Below, one piece after another: positions 59,401-64,000 of a DNA stretch of 64,000 nt. The position numbers were made by a program, and so were the translations under genes. The stretch comes from Schmidtea polychroa. Lineage: Eukaryota. The DNA lies in contig CM097886.1 in NCBI GenBank assembly GCA_044892525.1, positions 148,738,001 to 148,802,000 of the forward strand, written 5' to 3'. The notes under the pieces were generated by a model. The model saw nothing but the letters and a program-made list of their open reading frames with translations. It ran no database searches and was not told the DNA's origin. The first letter of the stretch is position 1. Every line of letters starts with the position of its first letter.

Positions 59401-61049
59401 ATTCAACGCTACAAGGCAAATGAAAATTAATCAACGAGCTATTTACTGAAGTCAAAAGTTTCCAGCTTAAAATAAAATTGTTTATTAACTCAACTTGAAA
59501 AGAATAATTATTGTCATTTTCCTACTTTGAAAACGTTTTTAAACATAAAAGACAAACAATGTCATTCGAATATTATTATTGAGTCACTTAAAGGTACTGG
59601 AGGAGAATTTTCGTCATCGGTTTCAAGATTTTTATGCAAAAGAAATGGACATATTAATATTTGAAAATCCTCTTAAATTTGATATTTTAAAAGCACCAGA
59701 CAATTTACAACTAGACCTAATTAATTTGCAATCTAACAACGTATATAAAAATAATTTTGATGAAAATAATTTAATTGCATTTTATTCAAATCTACCAGAA
59801 AACAAATTTCCCAATTTAAGAAATTTTGCAAAATTAATGATTTGTATCTTTTCAAGCACTTATTCGTGCGAACAAACATTTTCAAGAATGAATTTCATAA
59901 AATCAAAATATAGAATGAGGTTGACGGAAGAAAATTTACAACATTTGTTAAGGATCTCAGTATTCCAAACAGAACCGGACTTAAATGAATTAACAGGAAA
60001 TATTCAAGAACAAAAAGCACATTGAATTTTAATAAATGAATAAACTGAAAAATTTGCAATTTTCATATTTTCTCTATATTTAAAATTTTATTTTTTTTCC
60101 TTTTTAAGAGTTGCAAAATTTTTGTTCTCTGACATTATTGTTATTATAGTATGTTAAAAATAATATATTTTTTCAATATTTATTTTTATTAATATTTTAA
60201 CTCGTTTATGGTATGAAAGCGATATTTAAGATACATTTAAATGTGAGACCCACATAGAAATCTATTCTGAAAATGGCCCGTCGTCCGAAAAAGGTTGCCG
60301 ACCTAAGGGAACCTAAGTAAAGTCGGATACAAGCCTTCTATTGGCAATCCACAAGTCCACTCAAATGCCTGATGATTACAGCGCGCTTTCTTCTCGCAAG
60401 TTTTCAACCATACGACACATCACCAGCGTCGATCGCTCAACAGGTGTCGGAGGGTAGAGTAAACAATTGTNNNNNNNNNNNNNNNNNNNNNNNNNNNNNN
60501 NNNNNNNNNNNNNNNNNNNNNNNNNNNNNNNNNNNNNNNNNNNNNNNNNNNNNNNNNNNNNNNNNNNNNNNNNNNNNNNNNNNNNNNNNNNNNNNNNNNN
60601 NNNNNNNNNNNNNNNNNNNNNNNNNNNNNNNNNNNNNGATAGGAGGCATATTTAAACATTTTGAATTTTTTATACTACAAAATATCATGATATTTATTTT
60701 CTTTTTATGTAAATATAAAAACTCGATATTATAAAAAAGATAATTTAAGCATAACTTGAAAACGTACATTTTGAAGGAAGACTATATCCACCAGTTATTT
60801 TAGCCTGTCCAGTTTTGCAGCCTTGTAATGATCTACATTCTTCTAACAACAGTTTACCAGCTCCTCTGTGAATAGCTCCATCAACCCCTTGTCCACCTAA
60901 TAACCTTTCATTTGCTGCATTGACAATGGAATCGATCTCTAATCTGGTGATATCGCCTTGCCAAAGACTAATTCTACCTCCAAATAATTCAGCCTCTTCA
61001 ATAGATAATTTGTTTATTTTATGTGATTCGCATATTTTTGTATTCAAAA
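47494..61049 (-). CDS. MACROD: MACROD1/MACROD2-like macrodomain ADP-ribosylhydrolase, spliced, 5' exon(s) unresolved
   Basis: Exons 61049-60768, 47896-47762, 47709-47633, 47583-47494 (stop) join in phase: [77 protein letters not shown]. Confidence 0.93.
49880..50563 (+). CDS. Possible small nested multi-exon gene (putative membrane protein) antisense within the MACROD intron
   Basis: Candidate 32-38 bp GT-AG introns (49961-49998, 50279-50310, 50451-50488) separate open segments ELLNK|[17 protein letters not shown] and [47 protein letters not shown]; a complete model could not be built. Confidence 0.3.
50876..52235 (-). mobile_element. Decayed hAT (Buster/GTF2IRD2-like) 3' half
   Basis: Terminus CAGCACTGGCTAACC...TGCGTGCCAAT; fragments [34 protein letters not shown]. 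Confidence 0.8.
53602..55516 (-). pseudogene. Buster-type transposase (BED finger, DDE, hATC) with one nonsense codon and several frameshifts
   Basis: ORFs 54526-55404 and 53602-54288 plus linking pieces: [39 protein letters not shown]; ATG at 55516. Confidence 0.9.
55651..55821. repeat. 87-bp tandem duplication in the 5' subterminal region of the Buster element
   Basis: ACAATTTTCAATCG(C/T)ACTTACAAAG...GCAAATATT occurs twice with ~3 mismatches. Confidence 0.9.
59095..60305 (+). mobile_element. Decayed hAT (SPIN/Buster-like) 3' half
   Basis: [44 protein letters not shown]; degenerate terminus GGCCCG..AAAAGGTTGCCGACC at ~60303. Confidence 0.85.
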
Positions 61050-61637
61050 CTGAAAATATATTTTGACAAATATAAATGTAGAATAATTAAAATAAGGAAA
61101 TATTAGAAAATTGGGAGAAATAGATACTTTATTAATGTGTGTCTGGAAAAATGAGAGCAGGAACAGAGATGGAAACCTATTAAATCTGTGTAACAATAAC
61201 ATTTATTTGCTTAGAGTTTTTGCTAAAAAAAAAGTAAATAAAGTTACCTTGATAGAAAAAATAACATTGCAAAGATCATTTTAAACTTATAATTGTTGAC
61301 AAAATATGTTANNNNNNNNNNNNNNNNNNNNNNNNNNNNNNNNNNNNNNNNNNNNNNNNNNNNNNNNNNNNNNNNNNNNNNNNNNNNNNNNNNNNNNNNN
61401 NNNNNNNNNNNNNNNNNNNNNNNNNNNNNNNNNNNNNNNNNNNNNNNNNNNNNNNNNNNNNNNNNNNNNNNNNNNNNNNNNNNNNNNNNNNNNNNNNNNN
61501 NNNNNNNNNNNNNNNNNTAAAAAGGTGCATAAAAATTCGACATGTAATACTGATTGATTTTTAAACCAAAATTATAAAACATAAATAAATATTATATAAA
61601 TTAGAAAACATAAAAGATTTGAAAATCTCATATTTGA

Positions 61638-62340
61638 CAGGCCCGGTTTTAAATTTAGACAACAGCCGACGGCGGGATTTTCTAATTTTTTTGTCAATTC
61701 CAACAAGAAAAATAAAATGTTTTTTTTGAGTTTGGGCCGAAATCTTGAAAAAAAATATTTACGGATGACGAATTATTAAACAATTTAAGAACTTGCAGTT
61801 AGCGTTTACATCCGATAACCAATCAGACATCAATGGGGTCGAACTTTGGGATGAAATTAAAGCTATAAGGAGACTTGGTACTTCGAAAAGCGATCCAAAA
61901 AGTGTGTTAAAATATATTTACACGTCTAAAATTGTTGAAGCAGTCCCCAACCTGTCGATAGCACTTCGAATACTGCTAACGTTACCAGTTACAATTGTTA
62001 GTGCTGAAAGATGTTTTTCAAAGCTGAAAATAAAAAAATCTTATCTGAGATCACAAATGTGTCAAGTTGGTATAGCAACGATTTCCAAAAAAAAAGAAAT
62101 TGCTGATCAATTAGACAAGCGAGAAAAATTCACTTTTAATTATTATTTGTTTTTTGTAATTTTTTATTTTTTACAAACTGAATTTTATTTAATTTTTCGT
62201 ATCAAAATACAAATATATGTATTAAGTTCAGATATTCAATGTTTTTCTATTTTTCTTCAATTTAAAAATAACATTTTTTATTTTTGCGGCGGCAAATTGG
62301 CATCTCGCCTACACACAGAAAACTCCTAGAATCGGCACTG
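61638..62340 (+). mobile_element. Internally deleted hAT (Ac/ZMYM1-like) retaining the dimerization domain
   Basis: Imperfect TIRs CAGGCCCGGTTTTA / TAGAATCGGCACTG; 8-bp flanks ATATTTGA / ATATTGGA; PNLSIALRILLTLPVTIVSAERCFSKLK..YLRS. Confidence 0.85.
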
Positions 62341-63479
62341 ATATTGGAAATTTGATAATTAAGAAACTGTATTGTTAGACACATTAATAATTAATGCAAA
62401 CTGTATGTTCATTGATCGTCATTATAAATTTAATTTTAATCATCTGAGTTAAAAAATAGCTGTGCGTGTATCACGGACTAATGTACATGTTCACTGAAGA
62501 CTGAGTTTCTTTGATAAAAATATTTTGTCAATAAAGAAAATTAAAGATGACTTATAATTGAGTTAATTTTGTAATTAATCCAGTAGATGTATGGGGAACC
62601 GCTGGGACAGGTCACCTTTGGGACAATGACATAACCCCCCCCCAACCCGTTATAAATTTTGAAGGTCAAATTTATAACAAAGACTTATAACATATAGTCA
62701 TTTAAGGACAATTTTTTTTCAAGGTCATTATAATATATAATAGATTGAGCATTTGAAATGAAGGAAACACAGAAAAAGCTATTCCGGAGTGAGCATTGCC
62801 AGGATAGCTTGATTGCAGAAAGTCGGTCACAGCGTCTCCTCATCAAAGAGCAGTCAGAAGCACTACACAAAGTGTACATCCAAGCAACAATGACGAAGAA
62901 GATTGTGAAATTCCTATAAGCGAGGAAGACAACGTATACTCCATCCATTATAGTCGTTAAGATGTCACTCATCGATCCACGGGAAAAGCATGTCAAGGGT
63001 GCGTAGAGGCCGATCTTTCGCCTACCACCGCGAAAGTCGTCATCACCGGCACTAGAAGGGTGAAGCCCAAAACTACCCAGCCACCCAGCGCACCTAGTCC
63101 TCCGTTACAACGGACAAAGCATAAGCGCCGGTAATTATCGGGAGCCGAGCGTAAGAAACATAAAGAGCGTCATCTAGAAAAGTAGAACAAACAGGAAATG
63201 GGTAACACCAATGAAAATGTAGCATCATAACAGCCGCTTGAGTGACATGGGAAGAGAACGCAACTGAACTCTTTGACTTAGAAGCGCTGTCCGCCGAAGA
63301 CGCGGCCAAGAAACCATGACGATGTATCTCTCAGCGAAGCGCACTTCACTTCGCCTGAACTTTGTAATTCAACTCTAATGTCGTGATTGTTTTATGCATC
63401 CATGTTATCAGTGTCAATTTTCTGTAATAATAATAAACTTTTTCCGTGTGATAATAAGGTTTGCGATTTTAATAAAATT

Positions 63480-63930
63480 TGAAAAAGATGGGGAGATCCT
63501 GGATAATTACTTTTCAAATAATGCACGTCTCTTTTCAGATAATTTTCTGATTGAGGGGGTGAGCAAATTAAATGAAAAGATAGAAAGATTTACATATTTA
63601 GGAAGTGGGTGGCGTGTAATTAATAGAGGAAATAGATTTTATTTTAACAAAATTCGCACCCGTTAATAGATTATCCTGGCATAGTTATTTACGAACCCAA
63701 TCGGCGTTAAATTCTAAACACGCAATTATTAACGTTAAAAATAATGACCATAAGTGTTTCTTATATAGCATTCTTGCACTTTTGAAAAGAGAACAAATAG
63801 GTAGTCATCCTGAAAGAGTTACAAAATACTATAATCTTTTAAACATTTTTAATTACAATAAAGTCACAGATTGTCCAATGAGATTTTGCAACATATTAAA
63901 ATTTGAGAAAAAAAATCGCCATCTAAATTT
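63480..63930 (+). pseudogene. Polinton/Maverick-like protein-primed DNA polymerase B, N-terminal region, frameshifted
   Basis: Hand translation across one frameshift gives GSGWRVI..HSYL..HAIINVKNNDHKCFLYSILA..HPERVTKY..ILKFEKKN, recalled as the motif series found at the N-terminus of Polinton pPolB. Confidence 0.7.
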
Positions 63931-64000
63931 ATCAAAAAATATCCTTTCATATAATCCTGCCAGTTCTGATTCCAATATTTCCGACGATTTCGTAGCTCAC

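Noticed and set aside
1-64000. CRISPR arrays, tRNA/rRNA genes, hammerhead ribozymes, prokaryotic defence operon around the macrodomain
   Set aside because: No regularly spaced repeats or RNA-gene folds were seen; the CTGATGA hits I checked lack hammerhead stems; the macrodomain is a spliced eukaryotic MACROD.

Overview
AT-rich animal (eukaryotic) genomic DNA with five N-gaps; no prokaryotic features, rRNA, tRNA or CRISPR were seen. Three host genes could be reconstructed. (1) A STARD13/DLC1/cv-c-like RhoGAP (SAM, Ser-rich, RhoGAP and START domains; + strand, 13 predicted coding exons, ~2866-39521; all splice phases checked by hand). (2) An intronless divergent tetraspanin (- strand, 42067-42888). 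(3) A MACROD1/2-like macrodomain gene (- strand, 47494 to >=61049, 5' end unresolved). Introns are either tiny (46-83 bp) or inflated by transposons (up to 20.5 kb). The 20.5-kb RhoGAP intron holds a Tc1 copy and three compact Ty3/Gypsy LTR retrotransposons. All three LTR elements sit in 5-bp target duplications containing ATAC (ATACC, ATACC, AATAC). In the two full-length ones the gag ATG is built from the last LTR base plus the PBS, and the integrase frame ends at or just inside the 3' LTR. The rest is DNA transposons (hAT MITEs with perfect 8-bp TSDs, a full-length decayed Buster-type hAT, a hATm-like transposase, DD41D rosa, piggyBac and Tigger remnants) and, at the right edge, a decayed Polinton/Maverick-like pPolB fragment. 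The species cannot be determined from sequence alone; mini-introns with high AT content suggest a compact-genome invertebrate (inference).
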